NCBI GenBank assembly: GCA_009103225.1
Contig: RHPI01003156.1
Coordinates: 412,537 to 476,536, forward strand
Reading direction: 5' to 3'
Source of the DNA: Chlorokybus atmophyticus
Lineage: Eukaryota > Plantae > Mesostigma and Chlorokybus algae
Length of the DNA stretch: 64,000 bases
In this document: positions 26,314 through 39,400 of the stretch, piece by piece
Position numbering within the stretch: the first letter of the stretch is position 1
How the letters are laid out: every line of letters starts with the position of its first letter
The notes under the pieces: generated by a model
Databases searched by the model: none
What the model was told of the DNA's origin: nothing
Seen by the model: only the letters and a program-made list of their open reading frames with translations
Translations under genes and position numbers: made by a program

Positions 26314-28358
26314 GAGCAGGCTCACTCAGCAAGACTACGAAGCTCAGAAGCCGGACCAAGACTACCCTTCTTCCCACCGTGGTGATTCCCACCACCAACC
26401 TTCTGCCGTACGCCCACACGTACCACCCCTCCGCCGCCCTGGTTGCCGCCAACAAGCCATATTCTGAGGCAGCAGTAGAGTATTTCGGCGTATGTGAGAT
26501 GTGGATTACGCCTGATTGGCGTATTCCACTACGCATTCTCTCTCCAGCGTAAACGGCGATGAGCCAGCCAAACGCTGTTGGCAGCTAAACGTGGCAATAA
26601 AATGCCACGTGTAGCGTCAGCAAGTTACTCGCCGTCTCGAAGGGTCACCCGGTAACATTCAAGATGGAGAGTGAACGCTGACGTTGCACAGCGACACCGA
26701 TTGTAGTGTGATATATTGATTCATTCAATACGGGTTCATACACGGTGTAATTGATTCATGTCTTGTTCACCAACCAAGGGTAGACCCAAAGCTTGTTAGG
26801 TCAGAGTAGTTATCATTGTACTAAAGTAACTAGTGTCGCGGCTGTTTGGTCCGGCAGGCCGGCCGGCCGGCACATCACACACGTATCCTCACACGAAGGG
26901 CCACTGGCCCATCACACATAGGCACCCGCGACTGGCAGGCGACTGGCTGGCACCCGCGACTGCGCGGCTGTATGCGTCCCGCCTACCGCTCATTGGCTGG
27001 GCGGCGACTACCAATCTTAAGCCGTTGCATCTACATCATTTACATCTCGGCCGTCCAGAGCACACCCCAACATCACAATATTGCTCATATTTGCTTATAA
27101 ACGGTGTGCACATGGACACTTTTGGCGGTAAATTCTGCATACCGCCTGTTTACCCGTTCACAGTGCCCCCCTTCCAACACAATGGCCCCCCAATTTATGG
27201 GGGTATTGTACTCCGGGGAGCACTCTGTTCGAAAGAGGGCGTTGTACTGGATCGAGATTACGCTGATTGAGCGTAATGGACGACATCTAACATAACCTAA
27301 TTGTAAAAAATGGTGCAATATGGTGCCATATGGTTAGTAACCTGCAGTTAAGTGTTACGATTCTTAATATTCAACGTAACGCTCACGCCGGCACGTGCTA
27401 AGATATTCGGTAAGTAATACCAAGGTTACATTCATTAAAATAATGCTAACCTGAATTACCTTAACGTTAAGATTGAACCAAACAAAAAAATCGCATCATT
27501 AGGCCACCATTTGGTCACGCACATGCCTTCAATTAAATGAGATCGCAACGATGACAACAGCCGTTGCTTAAAAAGGCAGCGAATTGGCCAATCATTGCAG
27601 AGATGCATAAAAAATGCTGAAAATATATCTCGGCGGCAACTGCTTGCCAACGCCGACCCAAAATCGCTAGCGATTCGGTGCAATTGCAGCACAGTTAATG
27701 GTTAAAACGGCCGCGTTGTTAGCGGTACGAGGTCGGGGCAAGCCTCATACCCCGAAAACATGCCGCCACTACTCACCCTCGTTCTAACTAATCTACTCTA
27801 CCATTTAACGCTAATTGATTACACGCTATAGTTATTGCATCATCAAACATGGTCAACAACCGAAATACGTTGTACTTTAATGCATAAGCCACAATGTCAT
27901 GCATAGCGTCATACAACATTGTGTTAATGTTTAAAATGTCTATTAAGCTCTATGCCTTTTGATTAGACAATACATCGCGAAATTTAACATACAATTCGTT
28001 TTATGTCTACAACGTCAAATGTCAAACATGTATATTCATGTTATGACCTTCTATGCGTGCCTACCTTGCCGCTTCATTCCTCGATGCATGCACTTACAGC
28101 AATGATGCCAGTAATATAGATTTTGCTTATGATCTTTTACCCTGTTGCATGTGTGTTTATAAGCAGTACATCTCAACCCATACATACGGTGTGCTTTGTA
28201 TTGGGGTCTTATCAATAATACATTGGGGCCGCGGCCTTGGAAAAACACGTGTTGAGCAATCAGAAATGAAATATAACATGCAGAAGTATACACTTATGCG
28301 AACTTGCATTTGGACAATTTTTATTTTCTGTGCGTATGAACTGAAGCCTCCCACACAT

Positions 28359-28626
<268 letters not shown>

Positions 28627-28647
28627 ATGCTATAATGAAACCAACGA

Positions 28648-28698
28648 GGTCGCTTGGGTTGGCAACTCATTTGCAATGAGTTGCCAACCCCAGCGACC
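28648..28698. other. Near-perfect 24-bp inverted repeat with 3-nt loop
   Basis: GGTCGCTTGGGTTGGCAACTCATT-TGC-AATGAGTTGCCAACCCCAGCGACC; 23 of 24 positions pair. Confidence 0.9.
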
Positions 28699-29561
28699 CT
28701 CCCGAGTTTAAACTCAACTGCATTCCCTACAATCATGAACCTTATGGTTGCATGTATAACTCATTCTGAGGTGGAGGCCCAACCTGATTGCATAAAGCAT
28801 GTGCATATAAAATAGCTATGGCGCCGTATGCAAAGTGTGCTATAATTGATTAAAAGTACACCCAATGTGGACCATGATGTGTGGTGCACAAGTTAAGTTA
28901 AAACAAGGGGGGAGGGGGGGGGGGGGGGGNAAGTGAGAGGGTTCTGAGGGCTGTTGTGCACAGGTCACCCACGAGGCACCACACACCCCACGATTGATGT
29001 GATTGCTTATGTTGAGAGCAGCATGTATACAAAACAACAGCGGCGGCAGCAACGCATGCAACTTAGAGTAATTGCTGGATGGTTACACACCGTCTTTTGT
29101 TGGGTTCTGCCTGCGCTGTACAACACCTCCCCAAACCTCCTCCGTCATGCTTTTGATTTTAAAACACATGCTTGTGGCATATATAGCATTGAAGTTTGTG
29201 CACTCGTTGCTATGGATGTGCAGTGCAGTGCATGCATAGGCTGTTTAATGTGAACTACGCACACAAGTATCACACAACTACATGGTCATATCAGTAAACA
29301 GAACAACAATAAGCTAGCAAGTGCGCATTCCACACATTCTCTGCATTGGTTGATTGATTGAAGCAAATGAATACCTGAGCTACTACTGCGAGTTGTGTTG
29401 AACTTGCACAGCGCAATTGTCCAAGCAATTGTAGCATTTGCAAAGCCTCAATTCAACATCGCTGTCAGCATGGCCCCACATCGGATTGCCCTAGCGCGTA
29501 GTGAAGATGCTTTGCACAGCTTTCTACAACAGATGAGATGCATATTACGACTGATGCGCCC

Positions 29562-30620
29562 TCAGAAGTTTGCCAGGTAGCAATTGACAAATTCTTGCTC
29601 ACTGATTTGGCCTGCAAAGGAAACTGATAAGCACTTGCAACTGTCACTTGAAGATGCAGAAGGCAAGTCGCACGCCAGTGCCGATCACAATGAAGCAATT
29701 CTGAATGATGAAGACAAATGTTTTGCTTACCATTGCTGTTGTGGTCGATGGTGGCATACACCGCCCCCGCATCCTCATCAGATAACTGCAGCCTCATGTA
29801 TCGCAACGCCTGAAGGAACTCCGGGAAGCTCAGCCATCCCGAGCGATCCGTGTCATATGTCCTAAAAGCTGCTCGCGCCTGCAAGGATAACACAAGATTC
29901 TATGACATATACTGTGTTGCATGCAAGTCTAAAGAGCATAACCACACTTGTTGCGCTGTAAGCATGTCTACAAATGCAGACGCAATGCAAACAAGATGCT
30001 CACCTCTTCGGTTTTATTGGAGCGGTTCCCTGAGGGTCCATAGTATTGGGGGTGTTGTTGATGATGATGCTGCTGTTGTTGATGTTGTTGATGCGGGGCA
30101 GCAGATGGATACCCGGGAGGTGGGTAACCAGCAGGCATACCGCCCGGTTGACCAGGATAGCCACCAGGAGCCGGAGGGTAGCCACCAGGTGGTTGATAGT
30201 TGTAAGGTGGCGGTGGAGGATAGCCACCTGGGCCTCCGGGAGGAGGTTGTGGTGGGTAACCGCCTGCTCCCTGCGGTTGTTGCTGAAACAGCGCAGATTG
30301 ATGGTGAACTCGCTGTAGGAAAAGGCATGCACATGCTCAAGCTCGTGATATGCATTCTATGCGTCATGCGCGTGCATGCTAGTGGTGGGAGTGTACTGCA
30401 CTCCCCCACCTCTCCACATACAACCAAACAAACACCACAGAAAAAAAAAGAAACAGCAAACCGCCAATCAGCATGAACAGCGTGGAAAATATGCAAGCAA
30501 CCATCGGAAACAACAAGTCCAACACAAGCAGCATGCATGCAGACTCACAGGTGGGGCTCTCCCGTACGGATCGTACGTGCCAGTTGGCATTTGATAGGGC
30601 GGCCTCGGCGGGCCCGACAT
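29562..30620 (-). CDS. Gly/Pro/Tyr-rich EF-hand pair protein, paralog of 23938-26313 lacking the C2 domain
   Basis: MSGPPRPPYQ...|GGYPP repeats...YYGPSGNRSNKTEE|ARAAFRTYDTDRSGWLSFPE...DHNSNG|QISEQEFVNCYLANF*; intron positions match the upstream paralog. Confidence 0.88.
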
Positions 30621-31604
30621 CTGCCTGCTCTGTATTCTAGAGAATGTTAACTTTTTGGTCAATTAAAGCGGCGGCCTTGTCGACGCTGCCTCCCTGCAAG
30701 CACGCTGGCCGTAAGTATGAGAGGCAATCTGCAATTCTAGCTAGGTACACGGCGACCGAACTGAAAACAACTTGCCAAAACCCTAGAACGATCTCATCCA
30801 CACGGCCTGGCCACCAGCCAGCTCGCACGCACCAAAGAAGAAGCAACAGCCAATCACCTGCACAACACACGCGTGCACAGCGCCCTGAACTGCGCCTACG
30901 CCTCCGCCTGTGCCTGCGGCTGCTCCCGTGCCTCTCGCTTGTCCGCCGCCGGTACGTGGGCGATGGATCTGTTGCGCGTTTGGACAAGACTTGCTCAGTA
31001 GTAGCGCGCGGGAAATTTTTGCACTCGTCCGCGCCTAGGCCTACGTAGGCATTTGTACAAGTGCCACGTGCGTTGTCCGCAGCAAGCAGCAAGTGCCAGA
31101 GCGATACGTGGCGCAGACACTGATGGGCACCTCTTTGGCTGGAGCTCGATAATGTACCTGGTAAGCTTGTAGGCCTTGTAAACCTGTTGGGTAACAAGCA
31201 ATGGTGCACCATGCGTGATATATAATAATACTTGACACGTAAGTACTGTGAAGCTGTGTGACACGTATGCATTGATCACATATAAAGTGAGATTGTCAAC
31301 TACTGTTCCATAATGACATATGTGAGATCACAATTCATGCAGATTGTAAATGTAATACGCTATGGATCTAACATGACATGTTTTTAAGAGTACTTTTGGT
31401 TGTATCGCGACGCCTTCGTTCATTCAAAGCAACAAGTTAAGATAATACATATATATGTGTGTACTATCAATACCGAGTACCACTTGTGAACGAGGTAGAG
31501 CAGCATAGCGGCGCTACGATAACGCGGTACACACACCTATGCACATATAAAGTTGGGACACTTGTGACTGCACATACCGAATTCGTTGACAACACCCCCC
31601 CCCN

Positions 31605-31900
<296 letters not shown>

Positions 31901-32745
31901 ATGCGATGAAGTACGGTCTACGCATTGACGGTTTGCCACACAAGTGCGTATGCATGCACATACAAGTGTAGATTGCTATATGACCTACACACATCTAAGT
32001 GTACATACACAAATATGAGACCGGCACGTTGTGCACAATGCACAACGTCCAGGTGCACTGACACGGCAGAGCTGGTGAGGGTTGGGGTGGTGTTGAAATG
32101 CTCGACATCTTTAGCATATTTTGGCGTTCGCAAGCGGCCATCTCATCACAAGCACTGTCCCAGCGCAGCGCTGGACCCAACACAACCAGCTGAGTGCATG
32201 TAAGTGAATTCCATGACTATGTGCGCGTGTAGGGTTGTGTGTAATGTGTACGAACAGGCATGGTGAAGTGATAGCCAAAGTTTGCATGTCATTGGCAACA
32301 GGAGAGAAGCCTGCTTGTAAGGTAGAGGCCAGTAGCGATGGCCAACAAATAGTTTGGCATGCGCACATGGCCATCTGATCACAAGCACTGTCCTAGCGAA
32401 GCGCTGAACACATCACTACACAACCAGCTGACTGCATGTGCAATTATTGTGGAGCCCCAAGTAAAAAGGGAAGCATAGAGGAGGGTTATGAGAGAGGCGT
32501 GGCCGTCAAGACACTCAAAGCCAGCATCATTCAAACAACACTCAATCATGGCTGCCTTGCACAAGCAAGCTCCGTCACACAAAGAGTCCAATCACGGCAT
32601 AACAGCAAAGACATGGAGTGCTGCACAGACATCACCCTAGCTGTACGAAATCCTCCTACCCAAAACCCTGCTCGCAAAATGGTCACACACCAGCGCATGA
32701 TGAAGTAGCAACACTGGCTTATATTACAAGAAACCCTCCCGATGT

Positions 32746-34977
32746 TCACTGCACAGAAACGTTGCTGAATGTGGCCATTGCCAGCGGTGAGCACCTAGCG
32801 CCCCGCGTTACCGAAGAAACAGTCATCCCAGCAAAGATGGGGCCGAGGAGGGCGGAGCCCGTCACAGGTGTAAAAACGTTTACGACAGTCCAGGTCTTGC
32901 CATTCAGAGATGCTGCGAGAAAGAACAAGAGAAAAGGTTATTGCAACGTGCGTGCGTGTGTGCGTGCGTGTCTGTGTGCACGTGTGTGCGTGCGCGCATA
33001 TGTGTGACCTGAGGAGGAGATGGTGGTGCCCTTGCGAGTAATCGTGAGCCATACTGGTAGGGAGGCTGGGTTGAAGGGCAAACCAAGCGTGGGGAAGTCA
33101 GATGCTACTGTCGTTTCGCCTTGCGTCGCGCAGTACTGTAGTGGAGGAGTGTCACATGCAATGTATGATTGTTGGTTGTTGAGTAATACAACATACGCAC
33201 CTGCACGGACACGTTACTGGCAGCTTGCCATGACTTCCCCACCATAACATAGATTGCCGGCGACCCTGTTCACACACGTCTAGTCAATGTACTGGCTGAC
33301 TCAGTTAGCACACATGCTGTTACATACAGACACAAGCACTTGCCAGGCGTGAGGTTGGGGCGCAGCATGAGTGCGGACTGCATGCTGGGGGGGGAAGTGC
33401 GCCAGGTCCTGCGTGAGGACTTTTGCGGTGATGGTCACGTCACCGGCATACTTCATGCTGCCATACACGTATCGGAATGAGTCCGCCACATCCCACATTT
33501 TGGCTGCCAATACACACCATGTTAGTATTCAACTTCAGGCTGCGCAGCCAACAACCACCCAACATCCACTACACGTACCGCCACAGTTGGCTATATGCCA
33601 TACGCCGGCAGTGAATGAGGTTGTTCCCGGAGTTGTCGCGGCAATGTCTTGCGACACGAAGGTGACCATTTCTTGGGGTGATGGAGGTGACAAGGGCGGA
33701 GAAGGAGTGGGCCCACCTATCTGAGGCACTGCGCACACACCGTTGTTAAAGCTTGTGGGCAGGTAAGTGAACCACACTCTCGCACTCCTGCAATAAGACT
33801 TCGTCATGCATCATGTGTTTGCACCAGAGCAGACAACGGGCCATGCGTTGTAGCAGAGGTCATCATCCCAAGTGCCCGGGTTCTTAGGTGGCTTGTTGCC
33901 GTAGCCGACCATGAACACGCAGTACTCGTCGCGGCTCGGGAAGGTGTTGTCCGGCTCCCATATGCCGTCGTTGTCAATCCACCAGTCCTGATATGTCTGA
34001 GGAATGGTTCCTGAGAACACACATGATAGTGACTCAACAGCGGACTTGCCAATGCCGACAGTTGGGTTGACGTGTTTCCACTGCAAGCAGACAAGCACAC
34101 ACGCGCACACGCTTCTCAAGTGATAGGTATAGAACACCCGCAGCAGTAGCTCCCTCCCTCCCCTACCTGTGCCCCAGCTGTGGCCACCCCAGTGGAACAG
34201 GTTGACGCGTGCCGGGCATTGGGCGACAGTCCCGGGAGGACAGGGAAGTGCATCCCACTCTGGTCCGTCAATATCAGCATTGCGAGAGAGGCCAATCCTG
34301 AATGATAGCAGCAAAGTTCTTGCTTGCTTGCTCGAGCAACCAAACAATATCTGCGCTTGGTATGTATACATTGATGACAACTGCCCACCTACCAGACAGT
34401 TGTGTAAGGGGCGATCTTGCTCAGGATGGTGTTTCTTTCCGCCAGACTGTATATCTGCGCAAGGGTGCCGCCAATGCTCTCGCAGTGGATCTGACCATCA
34501 TTCCAATTGAATTGCTGGCTCGCGTCCAGCGTGTACGCTCCTCTGCAGGCAATTTGATACACATTAGTTTATTGCATTTGGTGAATGGCAAGCAGTGACG
34601 GTTATTCATACGTACGTTGCCGCATTGATGGATGGAAAGCAGTAACACTGCGAGTTGGGGTTGCTTGGGTCGCCAGTCTGGCAGAGTGCACCATTGGAGT
34701 CTTAAATAGGGCAAGCGCCTGCACGACATCATCACGCATCACGCATACCATCAGTCAGAGAGAACAGTGTTTGATCATTCCAGCTCCTTCACTAATACCT
34801 TCAGTGGGCAGTGGGTTAATGACCAGCAGCATGCACAGCAACCCAGCCCAAGCGAGGAACAGATTGGGCTAAAACGCGACTGAACCCATGACTGCTGGTA
34901 ACACTGGTCAAGTGAAGCAACCTGCTTCTCACTGGACAGGCCGCGTGTTTTATGCGGCAAACTGCGTGGACTCTCAT
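32746..34977 (-). CDS. Secreted C-type lectin domain + Pro/Ser linker + ConA-like beta-sandwich protein; apparent frameshift in a C8 tract
   Basis: Hydrophobic leader PNLFLAWAGLLCMLLVI. CTLD: FNWNDGQIHCESIGGTLAQIYS...VWIGL...FHW...YQDWW...EPDN...EYCV...GTWDDDLC...VVC. PTPSPPLSPPSP linker, then KMWDVADSFRYVY...GDVTITAKV...SALMLRPNLTPGSP...VSVQY...PVWLTITRKG...LNGKTWT...AGMTVSS...ATFSNVSVQ*. Confidence 0.8.
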
Positions 34978-35967
34978 GCTCAAGGCGGGAGCTGTCTCCG
35001 ACGTGTGTGAAGGCACGACAGACACAGACATTGAACGGCGTTGGGATTATCAATGACAGACTCTCTCTGACTGCCCGACTGGTGACAGACTGGCTGAACT
35101 TGGTGTGTTAGTGCTTAAACCTGGGGCAGTTATTTCGGCTCCTGTCAGCATGCAACTCGACGAAGCACATCGACCATCGAACGATATACTGCGTACTACT
35201 AGGTACCTACTAACTTAAAGTCAAGTATGAACCCAAGTTGCGCAACGTGGTTGGGTGAGCAGCTGACAAACGCTTGCAACAGCAGCAGCTCTGACACGTT
35301 GTCTTGACCAATTCCCTTGCCACGCCTGGTCATGTCTTACGCTCTCTTACGTCCATTTTGTTAAATGCGTAACCGCGTGAAGCACGGCACTGAGTACGTG
35401 GTGATTGGCTTGCCCAAGTGTCAGCAGCTTGACAGAGCTTCCAGGCTATGCTGCGATATGCTCAGTGTCCAACGCGTGAGCATGGCGTACAACGCATGCA
35501 ACACGGTCTAACGACGGCATATGCCAACCCAGTTGCTACGGCGCCTCCAGCTGGCTCCCTCACCTTAAGGCGCAAGGCCCGCACAGCAGCAGAGGTATGG
35601 ACAGGCCGCCTGTCACACGCCACGCCATGCAAGGCGGCCTAGTAGTCTCGACCAGCGACTCGCATGGACCGCCCACCCGTCCCCTGCCTGCTATCTGCAT
35701 GCGGTAACTTAGTGAAGCTGTTGGCCTGCCGCTCTGCGGAACACTCGGCAGCAGAGCTGGAGGGCACAGTGACGTGGTGTCCGCGGTTGGCTTGACATAG
35801 CGGGCTTGTTGCAGTGGTGTCCGTCCGGTCATTAGTCACTTGCGAGGTGCAAGTTTGCACCAAAGGGCACACGGCGACCACGACAGGATGAGTAGTTGCC
35901 GTGCGAACCATGGCCATGTGTGTCAGTGAATGTTTTTCCATCATTGATTGATGATTGCCGGAGGGGG

Positions 35968-36086
35968 NNNNNNNNNNNNNNNNNNNNNNNNNNNNNNNNN
36001 NNNNNNNNNNNNNNNNNNNNNNNNNNNNNNNNNNNNNNNNNNNNNNNNNNNNNNNNNNNNNNNNNNNNNNNNNNNNNNNNNNNNNN
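35968..36086. other. Assembly gap flanked by G runs
   Basis: N run. Confidence 0.99.
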
Positions 36087-36401
36087 GGGATTCGTATGCG
36101 AGATGCATAACCAAGACATGCGCGCATGCAGCAACCGGAGAGTGCATTAAACAGTCCTTGCCGCTTCAACTTCCAGTGATTATGAAGTGTGCATGACGTG
36201 CAAACATATACCTAACGTAACAAATACCAGCCTATAAGTTTAACAATCTTTCTGTTCGTGGTCAAGCCTATGTAACTCGTCAATGCGAGCCTTCAATGAG
36301 CAAACCCTGGTATACACTAGTCTGCAATGAGTGCTATGCACTAGTCTACAAGGCAGAATGCCTTGATGCAACTCATTCACAACAATCTCTCCAACCATGA
36401 A

Positions 36402-39400
36402 TTAGGCTGCGAATTGGCGCGAAGGGGTGTACAACGGGCCTCCTTTGGAGTAGCATCGCACACTAGCTGCAGCAAGCCGGAACAGAAACATCCCGCAAAG
36501 CGCGGTCCACACGCCCACAACCGAGCCCCCCAAGCGTAGTAGCAAAATGGCACCCACCGCCACCGCACCTCCGACGGCACACGTCAAAAACCAAAAGTCT
36601 GCAGCTGCGATTGATAGCTAACACACAAACGCAGTGAGAAACCTTCGCTCAACTTCGTGAGGCTGCATCACAACAATAAGCATATTCACAGAACTTGAGT
36701 TGAGCGCATGTGCAAAGGACCGACACACACCAAGCACAAGCTGCATGTAGCAGCATAGCCGCTTACCGCTTCGTATATAAAGGTACATGCCACCACAGGT
36801 TGCATAAAGCCTATTAGTGGCAGCACTCTGGACGTCTCAGCTATCACCCTGGCATCCGACGTAAAAAGTCGAGGAAAATGAGGGGCTGTCGCGACTGTCA
36901 ACATCGCAAAGGCAGATGCACTCACGATGGCAATCTGCAATGGCCAAGTACGGACTCAGCAACGACATTGCATTACATGTTCCGTGCAATACTACACATA
37001 ACCGCGCTGCTACCCATGATGTTAAGCAACATCCCACCTGTAGTAGGCGATGAGTTACTGCTCGCACGGTCGCAAAGTCTCGCGTGCTCAGAAGCCTGGC
37101 GGAAATAACCTATCAACCAAGCAAGTATGTGGGTAGGCTGTTGGCGACTGCATTGCGAATTAGCAAGATTGATACCACCAGGTTGGTTACCTGACCCGAG
37201 ACAGCCAGCGCATCAAGCATGAGAGAAAAGAGCATGAGCACCTCCAACGCTATTTGATGTGCAGCTGCAGGTGCCGTCCCAAGGCGTGTAGCCTGAGATG
37301 GAGGCAAGAAGTTTGGCAAATCTGCAGTGGACGAAACAATTGCAATACACGCTAACCTGTGCAGTAGTTGCTGCCCAGAATCCCAGAAGCACAACCGAGC
37401 GCAAGAACAAAGTCGCGGTGGATTTCAACACCTGCAAAATCTGTCAACTTCACGACACGCAAGACAACGCAGCTGCACAACCACGAACCTGAAGCCTGTT
37501 GCCACAGTGTGTATAACGCAAGGCACAAGACCATGCAAGCGTACCGGCAGAAGCGCACTCAAGTCAAAAAGGCTTTTCTTTGCTCCTACCACGGCGTCAA
37601 TGAGGCCAAATTGCTCCCGCCCTCTCCAGAGCAGAAAAAGAAAAAGTACAACTTCTGTATACTCTGCAATGGCTGTTGCCCACGCAGCTCCTCCAATACC
37701 CCAGCCCAAAGTAAACATCAACAATGGATCTAAAACCTGGCCATGCGGCAATTACTTCTACAATGCTCAGACTCAAAGGGGCTGGCCCATTGCATGTGTC
37801 CCATGCACCACATGGGCATCTCAAGGGATATGTAATGCAAGATATAACATAACGATTGCACGATGATGGGATTCATGAACAGCAACAACTGCTAAGACAC
37901 TTACCACATTAGTAAAAGTTGCAACCATCGCTATAACAAAGGGAGTCACTGAATCGCCAATCCCTCGGAAGGCACCGACAGCAACCATGGACATTGGTAC
38001 CTGTCAAGAAGACCAAGCTATGTTGAGCATTGCGCACGACTAGACATTGCTGTTGCTTGCTAGTTGACACACACCACTGGTGCAGCCAACGCACGCGGAT
38101 GCAGATACGCTGCAGCAGCCGTGGCAAGGGGTGCATGAAGTGGTCCTGCTCCCATCAGCTGGAGCACGGGGCCAGCACAGCGGTTGAGTGTGAAACCAGC
38201 GATAGTGCCAAGAATGGTGGCCAGCACTAGTGACTGCAGCACCACCCTGCCAACAACATCACGCTGCCATCAAGCTTGTGTGAACACATTACGCTGTAGT
38301 CAAACAAACACCAAGACACGGATGGCTATGTGGACATGCCAGATTGTGAAGAGCACGCACAGCAGTGGATGACGTGCCGAAGTTGATGCATGCTTGAGCA
38401 CCCTCGCAAGCAGACCAGCTAGTGTCACATGCGAGCATGCCGATTATGGTTGGGCAAAGTAGTATTTAGACATGATGTGAACATGTGAATTGCTCAACAG
38501 CAATCCGTGTAGTACCTGCCAGCTTCCTCGCGGTCTCCTTGAGCACTGGCCTGCAGTTGCCAATTTATCAATGGCAAGCGACATTTGCCATCTCTCATGC
38601 ACATGCGCATTGCTGCTGCTGCACCTGCGCGACGAGAGTGGTCGTTGCGCCTGTGAAGAACTTGAACACATCAAAGGTAAAGTGGAATACGCTGGTGTTG
38701 GGGCCAAGTGCTGCCAGCGCAACTGCACCAATCCGCCCAACAAATGCGGTGTCGACAAGGGAAGCAAGGGGATCAACCTGCACAACCAAATGGCACATTG
38801 CTGGACCGAAAAATATGCCACACAGCCCTATCCAATGCACTGGATGGCGTGGTGGATTGGCTAGGCACGTGGCTGCTTCTTTGCTGAGTCCCAACCAAGC
38901 TCCACTGCAATGTTGCACTGCTAGTGCTTGCAATTGACATTAAGGACAGTCTGAGTTGACCCGGAAGTTCACCAAACGGCCTTTTACAAAAAACTGTCAA
39001 CAAGCAGGCTCTATGGCGTACGATGCTTGAACAGCTTCCCCGTCGGCATAGATTGCTGGGGTTGCATGCAGTCAGGGCAATCTATCTGCATAGGTCAGCC
39101 CACAGCAGCGAAACATGCATTGTAGGGGCAGACTTACCGCCAAAGCACCCAAAGACGGCAGTGCCACCGCCACGATCTTCTCATCATACTCGCTCCGTTG
39201 AAACCAGCTTGCACCTCGTGCATGCTTGTTTGAGACTGAGCGCTCCTCCTGAGGCTTCCCTACCTCCTGCCCTCCAACGCAGCAAGGACGGCAAACCTTT
39301 TTTGGCAGTGCACAGTGCAATCTTTTCACAGCTGGCCTGATTAGCCTCTTTTGAGACGCTAGCCTATGCGGATGGCAAGCTGTCACCACACTGGGAGCAA

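Noticed and set aside
27223-27237. tRNA T-loop-like GTTCGAA
   Set aside because: No acceptor stem, D-arm or anticodon arm; not a tRNA.
26802-27800. Possible hAT element with (C/T)AGAGTAG termini
   Set aside because: Only an 8-bp partial inverted match, and the flanking 8-mers do not form a TSD.
34011-34081. Possible extra exon and 39-nt GC-AG intron in the lectin gene
   Set aside because: A single GT-AG intron joining ACA G| to |GA ACC at 34011 restores the frame without it.
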